From Chloroflexota bacterium (GTDB lineage: Bacteria; Chloroflexota; UBA6077; FW602-bin22): a stretch of 64,000 bases of DNA. Each line of letters begins with the position of its first letter. Within the stretch, counting starts at the first letter, position 1. This document shows positions 10,354 through 19,787 of this stretch, one piece after another. The DNA lies in the NCBI GenBank assembly GCA_016875715.1, contig VGOZ01000004.1:1448-65447 (forward strand), in the 5' to 3' direction. The translations under genes and the position numbers were made by a program. The notes beneath the pieces were generated by a model. That model worked only from the letters and a program-made list of their open reading frames with translations. It did not search any database and had not been told where the DNA came from.

Positions 10354-11376
10354 ATGAGTGGATTCGACTGCGCGATCACCGACCACGTCGAGGCGCCTCG
10401 CGAGCGGCCCTCGTGGGAGGTCTACGACGAGATCGGTCGTCAGGTCGAACTCGCTGACCGTCTCGGTTTCGAGCACGCCTGGTTTGGCGAACACCACGGT
10501 CACGCCCACGTGGGACACGTGCCGCACCCCATCGCGTACTGCATTCACCTCGCCGCCCGCACGCGACGGATTCATCTCGGCGCCTCGGTCGTGTGTGTTG
10601 GCCTGCACCATCCCGTGGGGATGGCGGAGCAGATCGCGATGCTCGACGTGATCTCCGGCGACCGCACCTCGATCGGCGTTGGCTCCGGTTCGACGTCGGT
10701 CGAGTTCGCGGCCTACGGGCTGTCGGTGCCCTCACCCGAGGAGCGGCGGGCGCGCTTCCAGGAGATCCTGGCGATCTTCGATCTCGTCTGGTCTGGCGAA
10801 CCCTTCGCCTGGCGCGGCGCCTACTACCAGTTTGAGTCGCCCGGTCTCCTGCCGCGACCACTGCCCGGGATGCGCGAGAGGCTCTGGATTGGGGCGAACA
10901 GCGTCGATTCGGCAACGATGGCGGGCCTGCACGGGTATGGACTCCAGTTATCGAACATGCGCACGTTGGAGGAACTGGCCCGGCTCTCCGACGCCTACCT
11001 GGGCGCACGGAGCCAGGCCTCGGCGGGCGCTCCGCCGCCGCGCATCGCCGCCAGCGCGCCTCTTTACGTCGCCGAGACCGACGCCCAGGCACGCGCCGAG
11101 TTCGCTCCCGCGCTCGACATCATTGAACGTGAGAACCGGCGGACGCGCGTCGACGGCACAACGGGCGCGCTCCCCGCAGAGACGCGCGATCGAGCCGAGT
11201 CGCTGCGATTCGCCGTCGGCAGCCCCGAAACGGTGTGCGCCGCGCTGGTGGAACTCCGCCGCACGCTACCCTACACCACCATCAACGTCCGCCCTCGGTG
11301 GGCCGGCACGAGCGCGGCTCAGGTGGAGCGATCGCTCTCGCTGTTCGCGCGCGAAGTGAGGCCCCGTCTCGTTTGA
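10354..11376 (+). CDS. LLM-class (luciferase-like) flavin-dependent oxidoreductase
   Basis: 340 aa. ELADRLGFEHAWFGEHHG and a TIM-barrel LLM pattern throughout. Confidence 0.85.
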   Translation: MSGFDCAITDHVEAPRERPSWEVYDEIGRQVELADRLGFEHAWFGEHHGHAHVGHVPHPIAYCIHLAARTRRIHLGASVVCVGLHHPVGMAEQIAMLDVISGDRTSIGVGSGSTSVEFAAYGLSVPSPEERRARFQEILAIFDLVWSGEPFAWRGAYYQFESPGLLPRPLPGMRERLWIGANSVDSATMAGLHGYGLQLSNMRTLEELARLSDAYLGARSQASAGAPPPRIAASAPLYVAETDAQARAEFAPALDIIERENRRTRVDGTTGALPAETRDRAESLRFAVGSPETVCAALVELRRTLPYTTINVRPRWAGTSAAQVERSLSLFAREVRPRLV

Positions 11377-11448
11377 GCGTTCGCTGCGGGCTGAGTGATT
11401 GCCCGTCCGAACCGCGCCGAACGGCCGGCGCGGCCGTAGAATCACGGC

Positions 11449-13599
11449 ATGGAAGCCCCGGGGTATCGCTACTCGCGTTGGGACGGGACGCAAAACCTCG
11501 ATATCGATGCCGACGATGTTCTGGAGCAACTCGCCGACCGACTGATTGACGGCGAGGATCCTCGGTGGGCGTTACAGCGGCTCGCGCGCGAGGGTCTCGT
11601 GGGTCGTGAGGGTCAGCGGTTGGAGGGTCTGCGCGACATCCTGGAGCGGGTCCGCCAGGCGCGGCAGGAACGCCTCTCCCGCCACGATCTCGGCAAGGTC
11701 GTCGATCAGTTGCGCGAGGCACTGGACGAGATCGTCGCCCGTGAGAGGACCACCGTCGAAGATCGGGTACAGCAGGCGGGGTCTTCTCCGCTGTCGCAGC
11801 AGTCACAGGACGCCGACGGTGAGAGCTCGCCCGAGAACTCGAGCACTCCGCCCGCGTCAGAGAACCAAGGGGTTCCGCCGGAGGCGGCGGACGCTCGCGG
11901 TGCATCCAGCTCCCCCTCGAACCCCGCGGACTCGCCGGGTTTGCCCACGCCGGCGATGCGGCAGGCGCTCGGGCGAATCGCCCGAGCCCGCCAGCAGCAG
12001 CTCGAAGCGCTCCCCGAGAAGACTGGCGATCGTCTCCGCGCGCTGCAGGAGTACGAGTTTCTCGATCCCGAGGCCGCGGCGCGGTTCAAGGAACTGATGG
12101 AACGATTGCGGCAGGCCGCACTCGGGTCCTTCTTCCAGCAGATGAAGCAGTCGATTGGCAATCTCACGCCGGAGATGCTCGACCGCGCGCGGGATATGGT
12201 CCGAGATCTGAATCGCCTCCTTCAGGAGCGTGCGAACGGCGGGAATCCGGACGCAAGCGAGTTCCTCAAGGATCACGGCGACTTCTTTCCCGGTGCGGAG
12301 AATCTGGACGACATCCTGTCGCAACTCGCGCAGCAGATGAATCAGATGGGGTCGCTCATGCGCTCGCTCTCCGCTGCGCAGCGGCAGGAGCTGGCCGATA
12401 TGATGTCCGTCGCGCTGGGCGACGACCGGCTCCGCGTTGATCTCGCCCAGTTGGCCGGCCATTTCCGGGACCTCATTCAGCCGGATACTCAGGCCTACCC
12501 GTTCTCCGGCGACGACCCCCTCGGCCTCGAACAGGCGCTCGATCTGATGGGTCAGATGGAGGGGATCGATCGCGCCAACGACCAACTACGGGACGCGATG
12601 CGCGATCCGCGGTTGATGGATCGGGTCGATACCGAGCGGTTGCGGCAGGCCGTCGGCGAGCAGACCGCGGAGCAGTTCGAACGCCTGCGGGACATCGCGC
12701 AGATCCTCAAGGACGCGGGCTACCTCGAGGAGCGGGGCAGCGAACTCAAGTTGACCGCGCGCGCGATGCGCAAGATCGGTGACAAGGCGCTGCGCGATAT
12801 CTTCGCCAGCCTCCGCAAGGATCGTGCCGGCGATCACACGACCGAACGAGTCGGCTCGCGCGGTGAGCGGGCGGACGATTCCAAGCCGTACGCGTTCGGG
12901 GACCCGTTCCACCTCGACCTTCGCGAGACGCTGATGAACGCTCTCACCCGCGAGGGCCCGGGTACGCCGGTGCGCCTCGATCCGCAGGACTTCGCGGTGT
13001 ATCGGACCGATCACTCCACCCGTTCGGCAACCGTGCTCCTCATCGACATGAGCCGTTCGATGATCTACAACGGTTGTGCGCGCGCGGCCAAGCGCCTCTG
13101 CCTGGCGCTGCAGAGCTTGATTCGCGGCCAGTATCCGCGCGATGCCTTCCACGTGGTAGCGTTCGCCGCCGTCGCGCGCGAGATCAGTCACGATGCGGTC
13201 GCGCACTTGCAGTGGTCCGAGTACAACCAGGGCACCAACCTCGCGCACGGCCTGGCGATCGCGCGGCAGGTTCTCGGACGCTATCCGGGTGCCAACCGCC
13301 AGGCGATCATCGTCACCGATGGCGAGCCGACGGCCCACCTGCTCGAGAGCGGGGAGCCGTTCTTTATGCATCCGGCGCACCCGGAGACGACGCGTGCGAC
13401 CCTTCGCGAGGCGCTGCGGAGCGCCCGCGATGGGATCAGCCTCAACACCTTCATGATCGAGGGTGGTCCTGCGCTGGAGGACTTCGTCGGGCAGATGACC
13501 GCTCTCGTGAACGGGCGTGCCTTCATGACCGATCCGAACAAACTGGGCGAGTACGTCTTGCTCGACTACGTGCGCCAGCGCCGGCGCTGGGTCGCATAG
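11449..13599 (+). CDS. von Willebrand factor A (VWA) domain protein with long helical N-terminal region
   Basis: 716 aa. N-terminal YRYSRWDGTQ motif and a Ser/Pro/acidic low-complexity insert. C-terminal VWA with MIDAS DxSxS (LLIDMSRSM) and IIVTDGEPT. Confidence 0.8.
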   Translation: MEAPGYRYSRWDGTQNLDIDADDVLEQLADRLIDGEDPRWALQRLAREGLVGREGQRLEGLRDILERVRQARQERLSRHDLGKVVDQLREALDEIVARERTTVEDRVQQAGSSPLSQQSQDADGESSPENSSTPPASENQGVPPEAADARGASSSPSNPADSPGLPTPAMRQALGRIARARQQQLEALPEKTGDRLRALQEYEFLDPEAAARFKELMERLRQAALGSFFQQMKQSIGNLTPEMLDRARDMVRDLNRLLQERANGGNPDASEFLKDHGDFFPGAENLDDILSQLAQQMNQMGSLMRSLSAAQRQELADMMSVALGDDRLRVDLAQLAGHFRDLIQPDTQAYPFSGDDPLGLEQALDLMGQMEGIDRANDQLRDAMRDPRLMDRVDTERLRQAVGEQTAEQFERLRDIAQILKDAGYLEERGSELKLTARAMRKIGDKALRDIFASLRKDRAGDHTTERVGSRGERADDSKPYAFGDPFHLDLRETLMNALTREGPGTPVRLDPQDFAVYRTDHSTRSATVLLIDMSRSMIYNGCARAAKRLCLALQSLIRGQYPRDAFHVVAFAAVAREISHDAVAHLQWSEYNQGTNLAHGLAIARQVLGRYPGANRQAIIVTDGEPTAHLLESGEPFFMHPAHPETTRATLREALRSARDGISLNTFMIEGGPALEDFVGQMTALVNGRAFMTDPNKLGEYVLLDYVRQRRRWVA

Positions 13600-13638
13600 A
13601 CGCACATCACGCCGGAGCTTCCCCCGGGCTTGCCCCGA

Positions 13639-14043
13639 TCACGGCGCGATCGTGGGTAGCCGGGTCGGCTCCTGAGGCGGTCGCCAGCCGGTCGCGATCC
13701 GTATCTGTGTGGGGTTTTCGATAACGATCTCCGACCATTCGCCGGAGCGGGTGACTGTACCGGTCACGTCGATCACCTTATCGATGAGCATGACGTCGAC
13801 ATCGCCGCCCAGGCGGCCGACCAGGTCCGGCCGCAGGTCGGGCATCACGACGACGCGAAAGTAGAACCCCTCGTAGAAACAGCCTGGGCGGATGTAGATG
13901 GGGTCGCCAGCCCGGCCGAAGTCGACACACTCCACGTGCATACGCACGATGACTGGTTGACCGACCTGGGTGGCCGCGAAATCAGGGCCGACGTGCGGCT
14001 GCGGGGTTGGCGTGCGCGTGGGTACCGGTGCCAGGCACGCCAT
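13639..14043 (-). CDS. Hypothetical lipoprotein-like protein (start uncertain)
   Basis: 134-aa ORF from ATG 14043. The same frame is open upstream to 14148 and encodes KRRPVHLIPALRVLVVAC, a lipobox-like signal peptide, but without ATG, GTG or TTG. Confidence 0.5.
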   Translation of the reverse strand: MACLAPVPTRTPTPQPHVGPDFAATQVGQPVIVRMHVECVDFGRAGDPIYIRPGCFYEGFYFRVVVMPDLRPDLVGRLGGDVDVMLIDKVIDVTGTVTRSGEWSEIVIENPTQIRIATGWRPPQEPTRLPTIAP

Positions 14044-14081
14044 CGCGAGGCACGCGACGACCAGAACGCGCAGAGCCGGAA

Positions 14082-15185
14082 TCAGGTGAACCGGACGACG
14101 CTTCGCGCGACCTCTCCCGCCTCGAGGGCACGAAACGCCTCGTTCACATCATCGATCCTGTACTCGCGCGAGATCAGCTCATCCAGTTTGAGCTTCCCTG
14201 CGACGTACAGGTTGAGGAGTCGCGGGAAGTCGATCCACGGGTCGCACGATCCATAGATCGAGGAGATGATGCGCTTCTCCGCCAGGATGAACGGGAAGAC
14301 GGTGAACGCGAACTGTTGCTGGTAGTTCGGCATTCCCACGCAGCAGAGCGTCCCAGCTTTCCGGATCGCCTCCAGGCCCTGTTCGAGCACCCTCACGTTC
14401 CCGATCGCGTCGAACGCGTAATCGGCGCCGATCCCATCGGTCAGATTCCGAATCGTCGCCACCGCGTCGGCAGATCTACCGTTGATCGTGTGGGTCGCGC
14501 CAAACTGCCGGGCGTACGCGAGCTTACTGTCGAGCAGATCGACCGCGATGATCTTTTCCGCACCGGCGAGCGCGGCTCCCTGGATGACGTTCAGGCCGAC
14601 TCCGCCGGAACCGAAAACGGCAACACTGGACCCGGGTTCGACCCGGGCGGTGTTGATCGCCGCACCGACGCCGGTCATCACCGCGCAACCGACGAGCGCC
14701 GCGCGATCGAGCGGCACATCTTTCCGGATCTTCACGACACCCTGCTCGGGCAGCACGGTGACCTCGGAGAAGGACGAAACCCCGGCGAAGTGCTTCAGTT
14801 CTTGACCCGCGCGACTGAACCGGCTCGTATCGTCATTGAGCCGCCCGGTGAAACGGATCCTGGTGCCAGCGTCACAGAGGATTGGCTTGCGCCTCTGACA
14901 GTAGTAGCAACTGCCGCATGGCGCTCGCCAGACGAGGATCACGTGATCTCCCGGCGCAACCCGTGTCACGCCCGGACCGACCGATTCGACCACCCCGGCG
15001 CCCTCGTGTCCGATCACGACCGGAAGATTGGAGGGGAGGTCGCCGTGCATCACGTGGAGGTCGCTGTGGCATACCCCCGCCGCCGCGACCCGTACGCCCA
15101 CCTCTCCCGCGCGCGGTGCACCCACTTCGATGTCCGCGACCTCGAGCGGACGATGTAGTTCGTAGAGGATCGCTGCCCGAACCAC
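14082..15185 (-). CDS. Zinc-dependent alcohol dehydrogenase (class III-like MDR family)
   Basis: GVCHSDLH, GHEGAGVVESVG, structural zinc cluster CGSCYYCQ...C, and Rossmann VFGSGGVGL. Confidence 0.9.
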   Translation of the reverse strand: MVRAAILYELHRPLEVADIEVGAPRAGEVGVRVAAAGVCHSDLHVMHGDLPSNLPVVIGHEGAGVVESVGPGVTRVAPGDHVILVWRAPCGSCYYCQRRKPILCDAGTRIRFTGRLNDDTSRFSRAGQELKHFAGVSSFSEVTVLPEQGVVKIRKDVPLDRAALVGCAVMTGVGAAINTARVEPGSSVAVFGSGGVGLNVIQGAALAGAEKIIAVDLLDSKLAYARQFGATHTINGRSADAVATIRNLTDGIGADYAFDAIGNVRVLEQGLEAIRKAGTLCCVGMPNYQQQFAFTVFPFILAEKRIISSIYGSCDPWIDFPRLLNLYVAGKLKLDELISREYRIDDVNEAFRALEAGEVARSVVRFT

Positions 15186-15282
15186 CCATAGCCCCCTGCG
15201 AGACTTCGCACGCAGTATAGGCTCGGGCGGGGACTTCCCCCGGGATCCGCGCCCGGGCCACCCTTATGATTGCCCAGCCGCC

Positions 15283-17256
15283 ATGGTTGTGACACCGCCT
15301 GTGCTCGCGCCGTTTCAATCACCGTACACGCGGCACCGCCGGTTCACCCGTGTGGTGATGGTGGGCGATGTCGGCGTGGGCGGCGATCATCCGATCCGCC
15401 TCCAGTCGATGACGACTACACGCACCCTGGACACCGCGGCCACGGTGAACCAGATCGTGCGCCTCGTCGATACGGGCTGTGAGATCGCCCGCGTGACCGC
15501 ACCGACGGTCGCGGATGCCCGCAACCTCGGCGAGATCCGTCGTGTCCTGCGGCATCGCGGCGTAAGAGTGCCGCTTGTTGCCGACATTCACTTCTCGCCG
15601 GCTGCGGCGCTTGAGGCCGCGCTTCACGTCGAGAAGGTGCGCATCAACCCTGGCAACTACGCAGACTCCAAGGTCTTCGCCCGCCGTGAATACACCGACG
15701 CCGAATACCAGGCAGAACTGGAACGGATCGAGGCCCGGTTCGCGCCCGTCGTCGTTCGCTGCCGCGAGCAGGGCGTCGCGATGCGGATAGGCACCAATCA
15801 CGGATCGCTCTCCGACCGGATCATGAACCGGTTCGGCGACACACCCGTCGGGATGGTCGAATCGGCGCTGGAGTTCCTCGCGATTTGCGAGCGGCATGGC
15901 TATCAGGACGTGATCTTCTCCATGAAGGCGTCGAATCCCCGTGTGATGGTTCAGGCATACCGCCTGCTCGCCGCGCGCCTGGACGCCACGGGTCGTCATT
16001 ACCCGCTCCACCTTGGCGTAACGGAAGCGGGCGATGGCGAGGATGGGCGGGTCAAGTCGGCCGTGGGCATCGCAACGCTGCTCGCCGATGGCCTAGGCGA
16101 CACGATCCGCGTCTCACTGACTGAGGAACCCGAGCGCGAGATTCCCGTCGCCAGCGCGATCGCGGTCCGTTACGAGGGATTGGGCGATGCGACCGCGCAG
16201 GCCGAGACGCCGCCGTTCGATCCGTTCGCGTACAGCCGGCGATCGGCGACGGGGGTCGCGCTGGGATCGCTGGCGCTTGGCGGCGACGCGGTCCCATCCG
16301 TGCTGGCCGAAGTGACCGTCGATCCCGCCGCGCCGGCGGCTCTCCTCTCCCACCTGCGCCGACTCTTTCAGCCGCTCAGCAAACGTGTCGTCCGACCGGA
16401 CGGCCTGGTCGCGCGCCTCCCCTCGGCGGCGGCCCGAGACACGCTCGGTGGCGTCCTCGATGCCCTCGGCCGCTCGGGCCCGGCGCCAGTGGTTATCGTC
16501 GCCCCCGCGTCCGCCGACCTGATCGCTCCCCTGCCGCCGCACTCCTCGGTCCACGGCATTGTCGCGCCCGAGACGTGGACGCTCCCCTCCGGATGGTCGC
16601 CCACTATCGCCCGGATCGTACCCGTGGATACCGACGATCCGGACCACGCTCTGGCCCTCTCCGACGCGGAGACCGACCGCTCGCGCTGTGTCCTTGTTTC
16701 GGGGAGCGACGGCGATCGCACCCTGGTGGCCGTGCGCCGCCTCGCCGCGAGGAACTCCGGGATCCCCATCCTCATCCGGTTACCCCCGAAGAGCTCCGGC
16801 GATCCGCATACGGTGAACGCATCGATCGCTCTGGGGGCTCCCCTCATCGATGGGATTGGCGACGGGGCGGTCGTTGCCGCCGAGGACCTCGCCGCCGAGA
16901 TCCATCTGGCGTTTGGGATCCTGCAGGCGACCGGGGCGCGCACCACGCGCACCGACTACGTGGCCTGCCCCTCGTGCGGGCGCACGCTCTTTGACCTTCA
17001 GACCACCACAGCGCGCATTCGGGCGCGGACCGACCACCTCGTCGGCGTGCGCATCGCGATCATGGGCTGCATTGTGAACGGGCCGGGCGAGATGGCCGAC
17101 GCGCATTTCGGGTACGTCGGGGGCGCACCGGGTCAGGTCAATCTGTACGTCGGCAGGGAGTGCGTCGAGCGGGCCGTTCCCGAAGCGCAGGCCGACGAAC
17201 GCCTCATCGCCCTCATCAAGTCGCACGGGCGCTGGGTCGACCCCGAGCCGGACTGA
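15283..17256 (+). CDS. ispG: 4-hydroxy-3-methylbut-2-enyl diphosphate synthase IspG, long three-domain form
   Basis: N-terminal TIM barrel (RVTAPTVADA...VADIHFSP...VRINPGNYAD). An insert of about 250 aa. C-terminal 4Fe-4S domain (YVACPSCGRT...IMGCIVNGPGE). TATGAT at 15265-15270 lies 12 nt before the ATG. Confidence 0.92.
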   Translation: MVVTPPVLAPFQSPYTRHRRFTRVVMVGDVGVGGDHPIRLQSMTTTRTLDTAATVNQIVRLVDTGCEIARVTAPTVADARNLGEIRRVLRHRGVRVPLVADIHFSPAAALEAALHVEKVRINPGNYADSKVFARREYTDAEYQAELERIEARFAPVVVRCREQGVAMRIGTNHGSLSDRIMNRFGDTPVGMVESALEFLAICERHGYQDVIFSMKASNPRVMVQAYRLLAARLDATGRHYPLHLGVTEAGDGEDGRVKSAVGIATLLADGLGDTIRVSLTEEPEREIPVASAIAVRYEGLGDATAQAETPPFDPFAYSRRSATGVALGSLALGGDAVPSVLAEVTVDPAAPAALLSHLRRLFQPLSKRVVRPDGLVARLPSAAARDTLGGVLDALGRSGPAPVVIVAPASADLIAPLPPHSSVHGIVAPETWTLPSGWSPTIARIVPVDTDDPDHALALSDAETDRSRCVLVSGSDGDRTLVAVRRLAARNSGIPILIRLPPKSSGDPHTVNASIALGAPLIDGIGDGAVVAAEDLAAEIHLAFGILQATGARTTRTDYVACPSCGRTLFDLQTTTARIRARTDHLVGVRIAIMGCIVNGPGEMADAHFGYVGGAPGQVNLYVGRECVERAVPEAQADERLIALIKSHGRWVDPEPD

Positions 17257-17262
17257 TCCCGC

Positions 17263-18225
17263 CTACCCCTGGGTCTGGCAGGGTGGCGCGTTGATCGGGA
17301 TCTCACCTGAACCGTCGTCGTTGACGAGAACCCGGATCTGGAGACGTCGATTGAGCGGGCGTGATCCCTGATACGCCGTGATGCCCAGGAAGTACTGCGT
17401 CCTCGCGTAACCAGGGCACACGTTAATCACAACATTCTGGGGCACGTTGGCGCGGAGGTTCACCGGGTCGAGCGGCGACAGGATCGGGGTGAGGCCTTGG
17501 TAAATGGTGCCGAACTGGACGTCGTTCACGTCGTAGTTGCTGGTCATCGTGACCGTGACGCGCTCCGCGCTCTGATCTTGCAGTACGAGGCTCCGCCGGA
17601 TCAGGGGCAGGTCCCACTTGATCTGGATCGGCAGAATCGTGATGCGCATGCGCAGGAGGGGACTGATCGCTTCGAGGCCGTTGGTCGGCCGGAAGACGAG
17701 GTTGGCTCGGGACGTGCGGTTCACCATCGGCGCGGTGAACACCATGCGGATGCGGCGCGGTTCTCGGGCCGGGACGATCCCCGGCACGTTCTCGAACCGG
17801 ACCTGCGCCGAGAAGTTGCTGCGCATCTCGTACTCATTGAGATCCACGTTCGAGTTGATCGTGAACTCGCGCACGATCTCGCCTCCCGATCCCACGACGG
17901 TGCGGACCGGAGCGCGCTCTCCGGTAGCCGGATCGATGAGGTTGCCGAAGTTGACTTTGGGCACGGGGATCTCGACAGAGATCGGCAGCACGCCGACCAG
18001 CCCTTCGGTGTTCAGCAGTCGGACCTTCGCGACGTAGAAGTATCGATCGGCGCTGCCGCGAGATTCGGGAATCGTGATCTCCAGATTGATCGTATCGCTC
18101 TCGCCGGCGCGGAGCGCCCTGGTCGCATCGAACGCCGAACTGGTCGCGTCGATCTGCAGGCTGCTGGGATTGCTCTCGATCTCGAGCAGCATCGGCTCGG
18201 TATCCACGTTGACCGTTACGGTCAC
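17263..18225 (-). CDS. Hypothetical secreted protein body (beta-rich), apparently frameshifted from its signal peptide
   Basis: 320-aa ORF with coding-like codon usage. A signal-peptide ORF (18242-18328) sits just upstream in another frame. See findings. Confidence 0.6.
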   Translation of the reverse strand: MTVTVNVDTEPMLLEIESNPSSLQIDATSSAFDATRALRAGESDTINLEITIPESRGSADRYFYVAKVRLLNTEGLVGVLPISVEIPVPKVNFGNLIDPATGERAPVRTVVGSGGEIVREFTINSNVDLNEYEMRSNFSAQVRFENVPGIVPAREPRRIRMVFTAPMVNRTSRANLVFRPTNGLEAISPLLRMRITILPIQIKWDLPLIRRSLVLQDQSAERVTVTMTSNYDVNDVQFGTIYQGLTPILSPLDPVNLRANVPQNVVINVCPGYARTQYFLGITAYQGSRPLNRRLQIRVLVNDDGSGEIPINAPPCQTQG

Positions 18226-18393
18226 CGACGGGGAATACGTGTCACCCCGAGCGAGCGGCCGCCGGAATAGCCGGCAGAAGGGAGAGGATCAGCAGCAGGG
18301 CAGTCACAGTTCGGGTGACCCGCGTCAAGGATTGAGTATCGGTTCGCCGGCGCGAGGCGAGAATGGCAAGAAGGTCATAGGAGTACCCATGCC

Positions 18394-18399
18394 TATAAT
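18394..18399 (+). promoter_or_regulatory. Perfect TATAAT -10-like hexamer upstream of ORF 18436
   Basis: TATAAT in a GC-rich intergenic region, 37 nt before GTG 18436. AAGGA lies about 10 nt before the start. No convincing -35. Confidence 0.3.
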
Positions 18400-18435
18400 C
18401 GGTGCCGCCCGCCGAATCCCCTAAGGATAGACTCC

Positions 18436-18660
18436 GTGCCCCTGATGGAGACCCTCAAGCGCGTCCTTCTTCCCAATGCCTCGAACGATCCGTACGCGCC
18501 GTACCACAGCCACTACGAGATCGTAGATGCACGGGGCGAGGTATTTGCATCGGGTGGCGTGCCCGTGATCTTCTTCGAGGATGGCCCCGCCCTCGCGAAG
18601 CAGGCGCTGCTCGCGCGCCAGGAACCGGCGCGGGGCTGGCGTATCCGCCGGCGCCGTTAG
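18436..18660 (+). CDS. Small hypothetical protein (74 aa)
   Basis: Non-repetitive, protein-like sequence (ETLKRVLLPNASNDPYAPYHSHYEIVDARGEVFASGGVPVIFFEDGPALAKQ). Its stop overlaps the convergent gene's stop (TTAG). Confidence 0.45.
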   Translation: MPLMETLKRVLLPNASNDPYAPYHSHYEIVDARGEVFASGGVPVIFFEDGPALAKQALLARQEPARGWRIRRRR

Positions 18661-19784
18661 TCCTGGAGCGAGACGGGCACGACTTCGCCCGTTCTGGCCG
18701 CCCGGACCGCGGCATCGAGCAGCGCGACCACATCCCGCGCCTGTCTGCCGGTGACAGCGAGTGGGGCTCCGGCGTTGAGGTGCTCGCTGACGTTTTCGTA
18801 GTACGAGAGCCACCAGCCCTGTACAGGCTCGATTGCGATCTGCGCTAAGGCGCCGCCGAAATCGGTCGTCACCCGCGTGCGCTCGTCGGCCAGCTCTTGG
18901 GCCCCATCCGGCCGCCCGTCCGTACGGAAGGCCCGTTCCTGGGGGTCGAGGCCGTTGCGGGTCAGCGCGCCACGGTCGCCGAGCACGAACCAGCGCGGTT
19001 TGGCGATGCGCGCCAGATTTGAGATCTCGATGGTGAAGAGTGTCTCATCCGCGAAGCGGATCGTCGCCCGGGCGTGATTCCCGATCGCGGGAACCGCGCG
19101 CGGCCTCAGCAAGTAGGCAGTGACGCTAATCGGCGGCGCGGCCACGAGTTGGAGCGCCTGGTCAAAGAGATGGGCGCCCCAGTCGTGGAACAGGCTGCCC
19201 ATGATCTCCGGCTCCGCGCGCCACGTACGCCGCGGCTCCCGGTACGTGAAGACGGTCGATTCGAACACGTACGGGCGCCCGAGGAGGCCGGCCTCGATCG
19301 CGTGGCGTAGCGTCAGATAATCCCAGTCCCAGCGCCGGTTGTGGAAGGCGCTCAGCATCAACCCGCGCCGTCCCGCCCGCTGGAGCAGATCGTCGGCGTC
19401 CGGCACGGCGATCGTGAGCGGCTTGTCGACGACCACGTGACGCCCGCTCTCGAGCGCCTGCCGTGCTAGCGCGGCATGGGTATTGTGAGGCGTCGCGATG
19501 ATCACCATCCGCACGGCCGGATCGGCGAGAAGTCCCTCGATCGCGGTGTAAACCGGCACGTCGTGTTCGACCGCCGCCGCGCGTCGCTTCTCCGGATCGC
19601 GCGCCACGATGCCGACGAGGCGAAGGCCGGGACAGCGGGAGACCAGATGGCTGTGGAACACCCGCCCGGCGTAGCCGTAGCCGACCAGGCCCACGCCGAT
19701 CACCGCGCGATCATACGCCCTGGCGGGGTGAGTCCACGGCCGATCCCGGTGTCCGGACCGATGCCATCGCTGGCTGCCGATCAC
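18657..19784 (-). CDS. Gfo/Idh/MocA family NAD(P)-dependent oxidoreductase
   Basis: Rossmann start VIGVGLVGYGYAG, then IIATPHNTHAALARQALESGRHVVVDKPL. The true start is probably about 25 codons inside the ORF. Confidence 0.85.
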   Translation of the reverse strand: MIGSQRWHRSGHRDRPWTHPARAYDRAVIGVGLVGYGYAGRVFHSHLVSRCPGLRLVGIVARDPEKRRAAAVEHDVPVYTAIEGLLADPAVRMVIIATPHNTHAALARQALESGRHVVVDKPLTIAVPDADDLLQRAGRRGLMLSAFHNRRWDWDYLTLRHAIEAGLLGRPYVFESTVFTYREPRRTWRAEPEIMGSLFHDWGAHLFDQALQLVAAPPISVTAYLLRPRAVPAIGNHARATIRFADETLFTIEISNLARIAKPRWFVLGDRGALTRNGLDPQERAFRTDGRPDGAQELADERTRVTTDFGGALAQIAIEPVQGWWLSYYENVSEHLNAGAPLAVTGRQARDVVALLDAAVRAARTGEVVPVSLQD

Positions 19785-19787
19785 GAC

